DNA of 63,621 nucleotides from Promethearchaeota archaeon (GCA_048939245.1 JBHLPR010000009.1:1-63621); one strand, 5' to 3'; numbered from the stretch's first letter, positions 8,761-18,545 are shown. Translations and numbers: made by a program. The notes: generated from the letters alone by a model not told the origin.

Positions 8761-9771
8761 GTGTCCCTAAGATCGTATATAGTCAGCCGTATCCTTATGA
8801 CGATTCCAATGATTTTGCTACTTCTCACACTCGTATTCTTCGTTGTCCGAGTTATGCCTGGTGATCCAGCACTATTGCATTTTGAGCGGCGAGTAGATCC
8901 CGCAGCTCTTGCTGAATTTCGGAGGCGTTTAGGATTAGATCTTCCCATTTTAGTCCAGTATATCAACTATCTAGGTGGGCTCCTTGTTGGTAATTTTGGG
9001 ATATCGATGCAAGACTATTCCCCCATTTCCCAACATATTGCTGCAAGGTTTCCTGCAACACTCGAGTTAACCATTTTTTCCTTGTTGTTTGCGGTCTTAG
9101 TTGGAATTGCCCTTGGAGTAACATCCTCGAAGAGATACGATTCTACTACGGATCATTCAATCAGACTTTTCGGTATTATAACCTATGCCATCCCCGTGTT
9201 TTTCTTGGGTATGGTCTTTCAGCTTGTATTTGCAGTATGGCTACATGTCTTACCGTCTGGGACAAGATTTGATCCACATTATGTTGCACCGCCAAGAATA
9301 ACGGGTCTCTACACAATTGACAGCCTGTTAACTGGTAATTTATGGGCATTTATGGTTTCCATTCGATACCTGATACTTCCTAGTGTTACTTTGGGACTCG
9401 TGCTTTGTGGAATTTTCATTCGTTTGACCCGAACTAACATGCTTGAAACACTTCGAAAGGATTTCGTAGTTGCAGCAGAAGCCAGAGGCCTTTCAGACTC
9501 CAGAATCACTTATCGTTATGCGCTCAGGAATGCATTTCTCCCAATCTTGACAATGATTGGTCTACAATTTGCAGTTCTTCTTGCCGGTGCTATTCTGACT
9601 GAGACTACATTCAGTTGGCCAGGTCTAGGAACCTATTTAGTCGATCGAATTGCTCATCGAGACTACACAGCTATTCAGGGCACCGTAGTGTTCTTTGGGA
9701 TTCTTGTGGCTGCTGTAACATTGATAGTCGACGTTTTATATGCAATCCTTGATCCGCGAATAAGACTCTAA
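8761..9771 (+). CDS. dppB: Peptide ABC transporter permease
   Basis: MPGDPA, EAA-like loop AEARGL, ETTFSWPGLG. Confidence 0.92.
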   Translation: MSLRSYIVSRILMTIPMILLLLTLVFFVVRVMPGDPALLHFERRVDPAALAEFRRRLGLDLPILVQYINYLGGLLVGNFGISMQDYSPISQHIAARFPATLELTIFSLLFAVLVGIALGVTSSKRYDSTTDHSIRLFGIITYAIPVFFLGMVFQLVFAVWLHVLPSGTRFDPHYVAPPRITGLYTIDSLLTGNLWAFMVSIRYLILPSVTLGLVLCGIFIRLTRTNMLETLRKDFVVAAEARGLSDSRITYRYALRNAFLPILTMIGLQFAVLLAGAILTETTFSWPGLGTYLVDRIAHRDYTAIQGTVVFFGILVAAVTLIVDVLYAILDPRIRL

Positions 9772-9783
9772 GAGCTGGTAAAG

Positions 9784-11049
9784 ATGGGAAACACCAAAAC
9801 AATTAGTGGTGTCTTTATTTACTTGAGACTTATTGAAGAACCCTTCCGCAATCGGTCGAAACTTTGGTGGATTGTGCTGGGCGTAATAATGGGATGTACA
9901 CTGGCTTTAGTTTCCAGCCTTATTATATTAGCTGCGAGGTCCAATAGCGGTCTAGGAATCCCAGTTGTTGTGGGAACTATCTTTTTTGCAGTGTCAATGC
10001 TAGTCACCGATTTCTTACGGACTCTCTTGGTTCGCCAGGGAACCTTGTCAACAAGAATGGGAACGTTGTTTGTGATTGGTGTTTATTGCCTATTTGGAAT
10101 CATCACAATTCCTGTTAGCATCTTTATTCTTCCTTTAGCATGGTTTGATCTTTGGACAGTATTTGTAATGGGCGGTGCTATTCTTGGAATTTTGCTACTC
10201 TTTCTCTACCATGGATATTCTATGTTGAAAGAAAGGGGTTCCCCTGGATTTTTGGCTATCTCAGGATTGTTGATGGTGCTTGCTATCATCTATATGACCG
10301 TTGTTGCGTATTGGATCGTCCCCTATGACCCCTTCACGATCAATGTTGGACCAATACTTTTTCCTCCGAGCCCTGGTTATCCTCTAGGAACTACTTCGCT
10401 GGGACAGGACTTACTTAGTAGAACCATTGCTGGCGGTGCCATCATGTTACAAGTGGCATTTATTTCGGTGGTGGTTTGTTTCTTTGTTGGAGTTCCATTG
10501 GGGCTAATCGCCTCATATAGGGGAGGAATTTTTGATCGTGTACTATCACTTGTCATGGATAGTATCTTTGCATTCCCCGGTCTGGTTCTGGCCATCGCCA
10601 TTGCAGCAATGCTCGGGCCAGGTGTTGTTAACATGGCTTTTGCAATTGCCGTCGTTTACGTCCCCTCTTACTTTAGAGTGCTCCGGAGCCAAGTTCTTAC
10701 TATCAAAGAACTCCCTTACGTCGAAGCAGCTAAAGTCATGGGTGCTAGAGACAGAGACATCATGTTCAGATATATTCTGCCTAATGCCATAGCCTCAGTC
10801 GTTGTTGTGATGTCCATTAACTTTGCAGATGCAGTTCTCACTGCTGCGGGGTTGACATTTGTGGGTTTGGGACTTCCGATTGATATTGCTGATTGGGGAT
10901 GGGACCTGACCTTTGGCTGGCATCAACTAATAACTGGCGCGTGGTGGGTTATCACATTCCCTGGCCTTATGATCGTCTTACTTGCGCTAGGATTCACCCT
11001 GGTTGGTGAAGGATTAAATGAAATACTAACACCGATGCTTAAGGACTAG
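9784..11049 (+). CDS. dppC: Peptide ABC transporter permease with extra N-terminal TM segments
   Basis: PLGT..LGQDLLSR, YVEAAKVMGA, WWVITFPG. Confidence 0.9.
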   Translation: MGNTKTISGVFIYLRLIEEPFRNRSKLWWIVLGVIMGCTLALVSSLIILAARSNSGLGIPVVVGTIFFAVSMLVTDFLRTLLVRQGTLSTRMGTLFVIGVYCLFGIITIPVSIFILPLAWFDLWTVFVMGGAILGILLLFLYHGYSMLKERGSPGFLAISGLLMVLAIIYMTVVAYWIVPYDPFTINVGPILFPPSPGYPLGTTSLGQDLLSRTIAGGAIMLQVAFISVVVCFFVGVPLGLIASYRGGIFDRVLSLVMDSIFAFPGLVLAIAIAAMLGPGVVNMAFAIAVVYVPSYFRVLRSQVLTIKELPYVEAAKVMGARDRDIMFRYILPNAIASVVVVMSINFADAVLTAAGLTFVGLGLPIDIADWGWDLTFGWHQLITGAWWVITFPGLMIVLLALGFTLVGEGLNEILTPMLKD

Positions 11050-12066
11050 ATGGAAATGCGTGCCCTTCTCGAAATTCGTAATTTGACTGTTGAATATAAA
11101 ACGCGTTTAGGCACCGCCAGGGCAGTGGATAATGTTTCCTTAACTCTTGAGGAAAACAAAACCCTTGGTCTTGCAGGTGAATCAGGCTGTGGAAAATCAA
11201 CTTTGGGTAGATCAATTATACGTCTTGTTTCTCATCCTGGTCGCATACTTGAAGGTGAAATTCTACTCAATCTTGATGAGGACGTGCCTTATGAGGAGGG
11301 AGTTGTTAAGAAAGGACAAATCGATCTAATGCAGCTTAATAATGAGCAGATGAGAGCACTTCGAGGTAGAAAGCTCGCATACATCTTTCAAGACCCTATG
11401 ACCTCCCTAAATCCTATGATTAGAATTGGTCAGCATTTTGTGGAAATACAACAAACGCACAACCCAGATATTTCTACTGAAGATGCTCAGAAGGCTGCAA
11501 GGGATCTTCTTGAAGAATTAGACATTCTTCCTGAACGTGTTTTAGATTACCCGCACCAGTTCAGTGGAGGTATGCGCCAACGCGTTATGATTGGTTTAGG
11601 AATTGCTTTGACACCACAACTGCTGATAGCTGATGAGCCGACCACCTCCCTCGATGTGATTGTGGAGGCACAGATTCTGAAGCTAATTGCAGGTCTCAAG
11701 AAAGAGTTCAATCTGAGTATGATGTTAATTACACATAATCTGGGAGTATTGGCTCAGACAGCTGATAGTATCGCCATCATGTATACTGGCAGAATTATGG
11801 AAGTGGCTCCGACTGAGGCATTGTTCAAGTCTCCTCAGCATCCATATACAAAAGCTCTACTGCAATCAGTTCCTGATGTAACAAAACCGGATAAAAAGCT
11901 CGCCTGGATTCCTGGAACACCACCCAGTCTTACTGAGCCTTTTCCGGGTTGCATGTTTAGACCGCGATGTCCGTATGCGATGGAAATTTGTGAAGTAGAA
12001 CCGCCTCCGCTGAAAAAGAGTGAGTCGGGAGGAATCGTCGCATGCTATCTCTATGAGGGGGCGTAA
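11050..12066 (+). CDS. dppD: Peptide ABC transporter ATP-binding protein
   Basis: GESGCGKS, FSGGMRQR, C-terminal GCxFxPRC. Confidence 0.93.
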   Translation: MEMRALLEIRNLTVEYKTRLGTARAVDNVSLTLEENKTLGLAGESGCGKSTLGRSIIRLVSHPGRILEGEILLNLDEDVPYEEGVVKKGQIDLMQLNNEQMRALRGRKLAYIFQDPMTSLNPMIRIGQHFVEIQQTHNPDISTEDAQKAARDLLEELDILPERVLDYPHQFSGGMRQRVMIGLGIALTPQLLIADEPTTSLDVIVEAQILKLIAGLKKEFNLSMMLITHNLGVLAQTADSIAIMYTGRIMEVAPTEALFKSPQHPYTKALLQSVPDVTKPDKKLAWIPGTPPSLTEPFPGCMFRPRCPYAMEICEVEPPPLKKSESGGIVACYLYEGA

Positions 12067-12068
12067 TT

Positions 12069-13049
12069 ATGTCTTTACTTGAAGTTAAGAATATCGTGAA
12101 GTATTTCCCGGTCCAGAAGGGCTTTCTTGATACTCTTCTAACCAAGCAAAAAGAATTTGTCAAAGCAGTAGACGACGTTTCCTTTGAAATCGAAGAGGGG
12201 GAAGTTTTCGGCCTTGCAGGAGAGAGTGGCTCAGGGAAGACAACTATGGGGAGACTTGTTGTGCGATTACTAGATCCCACAGCTGGGCAAATTTTCTTTG
12301 ATGGCAAAGACATTGCTAAGATTCGCGGAAAAGAACTACGATTATTAAAGCGGAGACTTCAGTTCACCTTTCAAGATCCTTCATCATCACTAAACCCGCG
12401 ATTGAAGATTGGAGACGCAATTGCTGATGCGCTGAGGTTCCAAGGGATTGGAACACGGAGTGAACAGAAGCAGCGAGCAATGAAGATTCTAGAACGAGTA
12501 GGTCTTTCCCCAGCTAGCTCCTTTTATGATAGGCTTCCTCATCAACTCAGTGGCGGTCAAAAGCAGAGAGTTGTGTTTGGGAGAGCTATCATTCTCGAAC
12601 CAGAATTTGTCGTCACCGACGAACCGGTTGCGATGGTCGATGTTTCAGTTAGAGCTCAGATTCTGGAGCTCATGAAAGACTTGCAGAAGGAATACAGCCT
12701 GACTTATCTTTTTATCTCCCATGATCTTGCCACTGCACGGCATGTCTGTGACCGGATTGGCATTATGTATCTGGGGAAGATTGTAGAGATTGCTGATATA
12801 GACCAAATCTATGAGGATTCACTTCATCCTTATGCTGTTGGTTTGATGGCTGCAATACCTGTGCCAGATCCTAAGGTAGAGAAGGGAGAGACAATTCCCA
12901 AGGGCGAAATTCCCAGTCCAATTAATCCACCACCGGGATGCAATTTTCATCCACGATGTCCTAGAGCTTTTGAACCATGCCCGGTGGAAGAACCCGAGCT
13001 TCGTGAAGTTAAGAAGAACCATTGGGTAGCCTGTCATCTATATGATTAA
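12069..13049 (+). CDS. dppF: Peptide ABC transporter ATP-binding protein
   Basis: GESGSGKT, LSGGQKQR, GCNFHPRC. Confidence 0.93.
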   Translation: MSLLEVKNIVKYFPVQKGFLDTLLTKQKEFVKAVDDVSFEIEEGEVFGLAGESGSGKTTMGRLVVRLLDPTAGQIFFDGKDIAKIRGKELRLLKRRLQFTFQDPSSSLNPRLKIGDAIADALRFQGIGTRSEQKQRAMKILERVGLSPASSFYDRLPHQLSGGQKQRVVFGRAIILEPEFVVTDEPVAMVDVSVRAQILELMKDLQKEYSLTYLFISHDLATARHVCDRIGIMYLGKIVEIADIDQIYEDSLHPYAVGLMAAIPVPDPKVEKGETIPKGEIPSPINPPPGCNFHPRCPRAFEPCPVEEPELREVKKNHWVACHLYD

Positions 13050-13159
13050 TCCCTGTATTACCCTCCCCCCTCCGGATCACATTCCTATATTTGCAGATAA
13101 GACACTCCAGCTCTTTTCATTTCAGTTGATGGTTTTGTCTCACCAAGTAGGTTGAAGTC

Positions 13160-13265
13160 AATAATGCTAATTATCACTTGATATCAGCCATCCTGATGAA
13201 TTTCGAAGACATACTTGCGTAGGATCTTTCAAGTGATGTGAAAGATAGATTTGTTTCACATCGTT
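13160..13265 (+). repeat. Polar intergenic repeat copy 7
   Basis: TCGAAGACATACTTGC 13203, AAGTGATGTGAAA-GATAGATTTG-TTTCACATCGTT 13231-13265. Confidence 0.92.
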
Positions 13266-13283
13266 TACTATCCTTTGAGTTTC

Positions 13284-13328
13284 GAAAAAAAAGAAAAAAG
13301 GAAGTAATGCCGTGGCAGACATCACTTC
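13284..13328 (-). terminator. Hairpin plus U-tract terminator of the 13344-13646 gene
   Basis: Minus-strand RNA GAAGUGAUGUC-UGCCAC-GGCAUUACUUC followed by a long U-rich run. Confidence 0.7.
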
Positions 13329-13343
13329 AAGGAGACCGTGTTT

Positions 13344-13646
13344 TTAGGTTGTTTTGAACCCATAGAGTGGTAAGGCTTCTTCAGGGGTCCATACTGGTTC
13401 TATGCGCATTTTGTAGCCTTTGATCGGGATGAATTTGGCCATGACCTGGTTTAAATAGGCGAGACCTTCTTTGGCCTTGGCATCATTGATTTCATAGAAC
13501 GTGTACGTTTTGATGTCATCTGCAGCAGAAATGAATTGGTATAAATGTTTGACAAATTTGGGTCGTTGAGGTAATTCTCATAAGAATACCTTGACAACCT
13601 CCTTAACCATGTGTGGGGGAAACTGGTTAGTTAGCATGACGTGCAT
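13344..13646 (-). pseudogene. Paralog of the 101-aa protein at 37728-38033, with one in-frame TGA at codon 23 (absent from the ORF track)
   Basis: Hand translation MHVMLTNQFPPHMVKEVVKVFL*ELPQRPKFVK...EGLAYLNQV...TPEEALPLYGFKTT*; TGA at 13580-13578. Confidence 0.85.
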
Positions 13647-13768
13647 GCAGTTATGACCTCCAACTTTTACTTGAGGATCTATAGATTACTCCCTATAGAC
13701 TCCCCTAATTGGATGCTTTCAAAGCCAATTTTATAAAAAGGATAAGTTACTTGTTTACGTTGGTATTG

Positions 13769-13874
13769 CTGCAGTTTTATTTTCAAGATGTTGTTCGCCA
13801 CCTTATAGGAAGTCGAAGACGTATATGCGATTTGTTACTATTAGCTCGAAAGATATGATTAGTTCCGCATCATT
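13769..13874 (+). repeat. Polar intergenic repeat copy 8 (between divergent genes)
   Basis: TCGAAGACGTATATGC 13813, GAAAGATATGATTAGTTCCGCATCATT. Confidence 0.85.
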
Positions 13875-13953
13875 AGTATTCCTTGAATCATCATCGAGAA
13901 TTCCTTTTTATTTCAAGATAACAAAGGGTTAGTATATTGGACCTCGAAGGCTG

Positions 13954-14787
13954 GTGGAGTTACCTGTATTGAATAATTCTTCGTCTGTAGATGAGTTGAA
14001 GCCGAAGACCTGGGGTGGGTTCTGGGATATCTTTGGTGAGGTTCTTGTTGACCTGCTAGACATTCAGGAGGGGCAGCGGGTTTTAGATATTGGCACTGGC
14101 GGGGGTTCCGTGCTCTATCCCCTGTCGAAAAAAGTTGGTGCATCGGGACGTGTCATTGGCGTCGAAACATGCTATCATTGTGTGGAAAATACCAATGCGG
14201 AAATCAAGCGGTGCAAGATTTGCAATTCCGTGGTGCGCTATATGGATGCTCGTGAAGCGGATTTCGAGGAGCACTCGTTTGATTGCATTACGGCAGGATT
14301 CATTGGGTGGGATAATTACTTTGACTTTAAGACGCTTGAGTATAAGAAACCCGACGACCTGATGGAGGCAATTTGTAGGTTTCTCAAACCGAAAGGGAAG
14401 TTTGGTATGAGTACGTGGCTCCTGCAGGAGGATCTGGATTGGATGTATGAGTTTCTCTCAGTGCAGTCCATTGAGTGTAAACGCAATTATCATCTTGAGA
14501 ATGAGAAGGGATGGGAAAAAATCCTATCAATAGCGGGATTCCAGAAAATACGAAGCCGCACCCATCAGGCTTCATTTACTTATGATACCTTTGATTTCTG
14601 GTGGAAAGAGATGATGGACTATGAGTGGCCTGTTACAGGCAACAACAGTGAGGTGGTTACTGATTCCATAAAGGCAGCAGCGTTTGACTCATTACAAGGT
14701 CGGTTGACGGAGACTGGCGGAATCCCCTTCAGGCGAGATGCACTCTTTGTGACGGCAATCCGACCGGACAATACACCGAGTTCTTGA
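13954..14787 (+). CDS. Class I SAM-dependent methyltransferase
   Basis: VLDIGTGGG motif I, SFDCI, LKPKGKF. Confidence 0.88.
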   Translation: MELPVLNNSSSVDELKPKTWGGFWDIFGEVLVDLLDIQEGQRVLDIGTGGGSVLYPLSKKVGASGRVIGVETCYHCVENTNAEIKRCKICNSVVRYMDAREADFEEHSFDCITAGFIGWDNYFDFKTLEYKKPDDLMEAICRFLKPKGKFGMSTWLLQEDLDWMYEFLSVQSIECKRNYHLENEKGWEKILSIAGFQKIRSRTHQASFTYDTFDFWWKEMMDYEWPVTGNNSEVVTDSIKAAAFDSLQGRLTETGGIPFRRDALFVTAIRPDNTPSS

Positions 14788-14909
14788 CTAGTGGGGGAGG
14801 TAGTTGTTCTGGACATCGTAGGTAATTCATCGATAGGTTCGAAAACACTATTGCGATTCTGGAGTATGATTCGTGCCAGGTTATCTCATGGATTTGGAGC
14901 CGTTTCGTG

Positions 14910-15689
14910 TCAATGGGTTTTGGTTCTGCGAGGTCTCCCAATAGGGCAGGCATCAATACAGATTATGCATTCGATGTAACTATTGGGTGTTGGTCGTTGA
15001 GTGAGTTTCTTTTCGACGTCTCGCACTTCCTTGGAGACATCTTGGGCTTGTGGTTGTTCGGCTGCATATGTTAGGCAGCGGGTAATTTTGATTTTGTATG
15101 GTTCTAAGGCCTTGGTGGGACAGGCTTTGAGGCATTTCTCACAGTCACCACACAGGTCATCTGTGAAAGGGTCATCAGTGGTTAGCTCGGCATCTGTGAG
15201 TATGGCAATTAATCGGATCCGCGGACCGTAGGTTGGATTTATCAAAAGAGTATTTTTCCCCTGACTGCCCATTCCACATCTCACTGCAGACGTTTTGAGC
15301 GGAATTGATAGAGTGAGGCATGTTTCATGCCCCCGCTTGGTCAGGTATTCAACGATTGTCCAGGCTTTATTTTTTAAGATTTCATAATACAGTTGATAAC
15401 GTTCCAAAGACACCTCGGGTGTTCGCTTGTCGCGATCTCGAAGATAGGTTGAATCGACGGCGATATTGAGAGATTTGTCCCACGCGTAGTACCCCAACAC
15501 CATCACGGATTTTACGTTTGGTAACACCTCTTCTGGTGTTCGCAGATTTTGAACGGTGTGGACCCAGCCATGTGGTAGACCGTGCAGCTTTTCTGGAGTA
15601 GTAATGCCCACAGTAACAAACCCCGCATCCATTGCTCGTTTCTTAAGCTCATCTGTCAGCGTCATTTTCAGCATCCTTCCAATATTCAC
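14910..15689 (-). CDS. Epoxyqueuosine reductase/reductive dehalogenase-like Fe-S protein
   Basis: GKNTLLINPTYGPRIRL, CxxCxxCxxxCP and CxxCxxxCP motifs. Confidence 0.85.
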   Translation of the reverse strand: MNIGRMLKMTLTDELKKRAMDAGFVTVGITTPEKLHGLPHGWVHTVQNLRTPEEVLPNVKSVMVLGYYAWDKSLNIAVDSTYLRDRDKRTPEVSLERYQLYYEILKNKAWTIVEYLTKRGHETCLTLSIPLKTSAVRCGMGSQGKNTLLINPTYGPRIRLIAILTDAELTTDDPFTDDLCGDCEKCLKACPTKALEPYKIKITRCLTYAAEQPQAQDVSKEVRDVEKKLTQRPTPNSYIECIICIDACPIGRPRRTKTH

Positions 15690-15774
15690 TGTTCAGGTAT
15701 TTAGTAAGTTAGTGTACAGATTCTGTAAAATGATTCTTACAGACTAAAACTGTGCGTTGATGGTATTTTGCATT

Positions 15775-15879
15775 AACCAAGCGGTTTCTCCAGTTGATTT
15801 ATGCCAGTTAATTTAGTTTCAAAGACACAAATGCCTTATCTCGAACTAACGATGTGAAAGATGATTTGTTTCACATCAT
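15775..15879 (+). repeat. Polar intergenic repeat copy 9 (full; between two minus-strand genes)
   Basis: CAAGCGGTTTCTCC, TCAAAGACACAAATGC 15819, GATGTGAAA-GATGATTTG-TTTCACATC. Confidence 0.92.
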
Positions 15880-15905
15880 ACTGTTTCGGGTGGGTAACCA
15901 ATATT

Positions 15906-16310
15906 CTAGCCAATGAGTGGCATGATCGTGTACTTCACCTGTTGGAGTCCTCGTATGGCTCGGATTCGGCTAATGAACTCGGTTACATCTTTGGCTTCTC
16001 CCTCAGCAATGAATACCTCTAGGCAATAGGTTTCACCAAGGTGTAAGTGCATATTACCAGATACAATATGGCTGTGGGCATGACGAAGGCGTGTTAATCG
16101 TTCATCGACTCCTGGCAGCTCGTGAGCGGAGATGGCGGTGATGGTGGCTGTCACTCGTCCTCCTTCAAATTGTTGGAGTTCAAATTCTGAAAGCGCAGTG
16201 CGAACCGCATCCCGAATCGCCTCTGACCGACTGGAATACCCCCGTTCCTTCATGAAGTGGTCCAATTGTTTCAGTAGTTGGGCGGTTAATGATATGCTAA
16301 TAATAGGCAT
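15906..16310 (-). CDS. NikR-like ribbon-helix-helix metalloregulator
   Basis: ISISL...GYSSRSEAIRDA RHH domain; HLHL...CLEV metal site. Confidence 0.88.
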   Translation of the reverse strand: MPIISISLTAQLLKQLDHFMKERGYSSRSEAIRDAVRTALSEFELQQFEGGRVTATITAISAHELPGVDERLTRLRHAHSHIVSGNMHLHLGETYCLEVFIAEGEAKDVTEFISRIRAIRGLQQVKYTIMPLIG

Positions 16311-16407
16311 ACAATCACATTATTAATTCAAGGGTCTATTTTTAATAAATATTATTAAGAATCGCCATTTGAATTAGCACTATCTTAATAGATGCAATGA
16401 CTATCAG

Positions 16408-18393
16408 GTGATTATTGACAAGGCGAATTATGGTCTGGGGATACCCCAAGTGCAGGACGAGTATACCGAGAATGGGAATAGTTGCACCGTGTGCGAAGTT
16501 GACTTCGAAAATGCTATTCGCCGACCTGCCTTTTGGCAGGATTACAGGGTGCTCATCATTCTTGCTTCGACGACGTTGTTCGTCTTAGGGCTTACCGTTG
16601 ATTTCTTCCTGCACCTGCCGTTCATGGCTCTTACTCTTTACCTCTTTGCGGTGTGCATCGCCGGATATTCCATTGTAATTGCAGGCATCAAAGGACTGGT
16701 CTTCCGTCGGCGGCTGAATATTGCCTTTCTGATGACCATTGCGGCGATGGCCAGTTTTCTCATTGGACATGCCGCGGAAGGTGCCGCTGTTATGGTTCTG
16801 TACTTTATTGCTGAATTTCTGGAAAGTAAGGCGAAGGAGAATGCCCAGCGATCCGTCGCGTCATTGATGAAGCTGGCTCCGGAAACGGCGACAGTAAAAC
16901 ATGATGGCGAAGAATTGCAGGTTCATGTACATGAGGTACACCTTGCTGAACTCGTGGTGGTCCGGCCTGGTGAAAAAATTCCGCTAGATGGGATTGTTCT
17001 CCGTGGGACATCGAGCGTTAATCAAGCCCCCATCACAGGTGAATCCCTTCCAGTGGTTAAGACCGTCAATGATGAGGTGTACGCTGGGACCATCAACAAT
17101 GAAGGGTACCTCGAAATTCAAGTTACACGATTATCCGATGAAACGGTGCTTGCAAGGATTTTAGCCATGGTGGAAGAGGCACAACAATCCAAGTCTCCTA
17201 CGGAGCAATTTGTTGACAAGTTTGCGAAATACTACACGCCGTCCGTCGTTCTGGTTGCAGTGTTCGTTGCGATAATTCCGCCCTTTGTGTTGGGCGTTCC
17301 TTGGATTGACTGGATTTATCGGGCGCTAGCCTTACTAGTCATTTCCTGTCCTTGTGCTCTAGCCATTGCGACGCCAGTTGCCATGGTGTCGACATTGACG
17401 AGTGCTACGAAGCAGGGCGTGCTGATTAAAGGGAGTCGTTACATCGACGGGTTGGGTAATGTTAAGGTAGTTGCCTTTGATAAGACCGGCACCTTGACAT
17501 CGGGGCAATTGGCGGTGACCGACATTATTCCTTTTGGGGAATCCGCCTACTCGGTTGTCCGGGTGGCAGCGTCAATTGAGAACTTCTCGCAGCACCCCAT
17601 TAGCAAGGCGATTGTGGCGAAGGCTTTGAATCCCGGATTACAATTGAACGCCGTGGATGATTTCACAGCCATTAATGGGCAAGGCGTCTCTGGCAGAATC
17701 GATAACAAAGAATTTTTTGTTGGAAGTGAACGATTGTTCACTGAATTAGCTATCTCATATCCTAAGGATCAAGTTCGGCGTCTAGAGGAAGAAGGAAAAA
17801 CCGTTATCCTGGTTGGTGATTCAGCACGAGCGATTGGAGCAATAGCCATTCAAGATACGATTCGCCCCACTAGTGTGAGGACTATCGAGACATTGAAACA
17901 AATGGGGATTAAAACCGTCATGGTGACCGGCGATAATAGATACACAGCTGCATTTATCGCAAAGCAAATTGGCATCGATGAATTTCATGCAAATTTGATG
18001 CCTGATGATAAAGTCAAGATTCTCAAAGAATTGCAGCAACAATATGGTGCCATCGCCATGGTGGGAGATGGAGTAAACGATGCCCCCTCGCTAGCCACGG
18101 CTGATGTGGGCATTGCAATGGGAGCAATTGGGAGTGACGCTGCTATCGAAACCGCCGACATCACATTAATGCACGATGACCTCGCAAAATTGCCTTATCT
18201 GTTTGAATTAAGCCGAAAAACGCGAAGTATTGTTCGTCAAAACATCGGAGTCGCATTAATTGTCAAATTCAGCTTGGCTGCTTTGGTCTTTCCGGGCTTA
18301 GTCACCCTGTGGTTAGCCGTAGCCATCGGAGATATGGGCTTATCGTTGGCAGTTATACTTAACGCGATGCGACTTTCCCGAGTAAGATCTTAA
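16408..18393 (+). CDS. Heavy-metal P1B ATPase (ZntA/CadA type)
   Basis: TGES, CPC, DKTGT, HP, GDGVNDAP; C-terminal TM Lys and DMG typical of the Zn/Cd subgroup. Confidence 0.93.
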   Translation: MIIDKANYGLGIPQVQDEYTENGNSCTVCEVDFENAIRRPAFWQDYRVLIILASTTLFVLGLTVDFFLHLPFMALTLYLFAVCIAGYSIVIAGIKGLVFRRRLNIAFLMTIAAMASFLIGHAAEGAAVMVLYFIAEFLESKAKENAQRSVASLMKLAPETATVKHDGEELQVHVHEVHLAELVVVRPGEKIPLDGIVLRGTSSVNQAPITGESLPVVKTVNDEVYAGTINNEGYLEIQVTRLSDETVLARILAMVEEAQQSKSPTEQFVDKFAKYYTPSVVLVAVFVAIIPPFVLGVPWIDWIYRALALLVISCPCALAIATPVAMVSTLTSATKQGVLIKGSRYIDGLGNVKVVAFDKTGTLTSGQLAVTDIIPFGESAYSVVRVAASIENFSQHPISKAIVAKALNPGLQLNAVDDFTAINGQGVSGRIDNKEFFVGSERLFTELAISYPKDQVRRLEEEGKTVILVGDSARAIGAIAIQDTIRPTSVRTIETLKQMGIKTVMVTGDNRYTAAFIAKQIGIDEFHANLMPDDKVKILKELQQQYGAIAMVGDGVNDAPSLATADVGIAMGAIGSDAAIETADITLMHDDLAKLPYLFELSRKTRSIVRQNIGVALIVKFSLAALVFPGLVTLWLAVAIGDMGLSLAVILNAMRLSRVRS

Positions 18394-18430
18394 TGAACCA
18401 TTTGGATAAGAAATACTCAACGGAATGACA

Positions 18431-18498
18431 GAGCCTTTTAATTTCTCAGGCGTTATCCGCTATTCCCTTAATCTTCGAAGACATACCTGCCACATCAT
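18431..18498 (+). repeat. Polar intergenic repeat copy 10 (internally deleted)
   Basis: GAGC 18431, GTTAT, TCGAAGACATACCTGC 18475 joined directly to CACATCAT. Confidence 0.85.
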
Positions 18499-18545
18499 GT
18501 TACAAATCTGCGCTGCTCCTTCGGTGTCGAGGATATGGGTTTTAG

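Noticed and set aside
13301-13328. Hairpin downstream of the TGA-containing gene as a SECIS element
   Set aside because: It is a short, fully paired stem followed by a U-tract, and an equivalent hairpin follows the TGA-free paralog; a terminator is the simpler reading.
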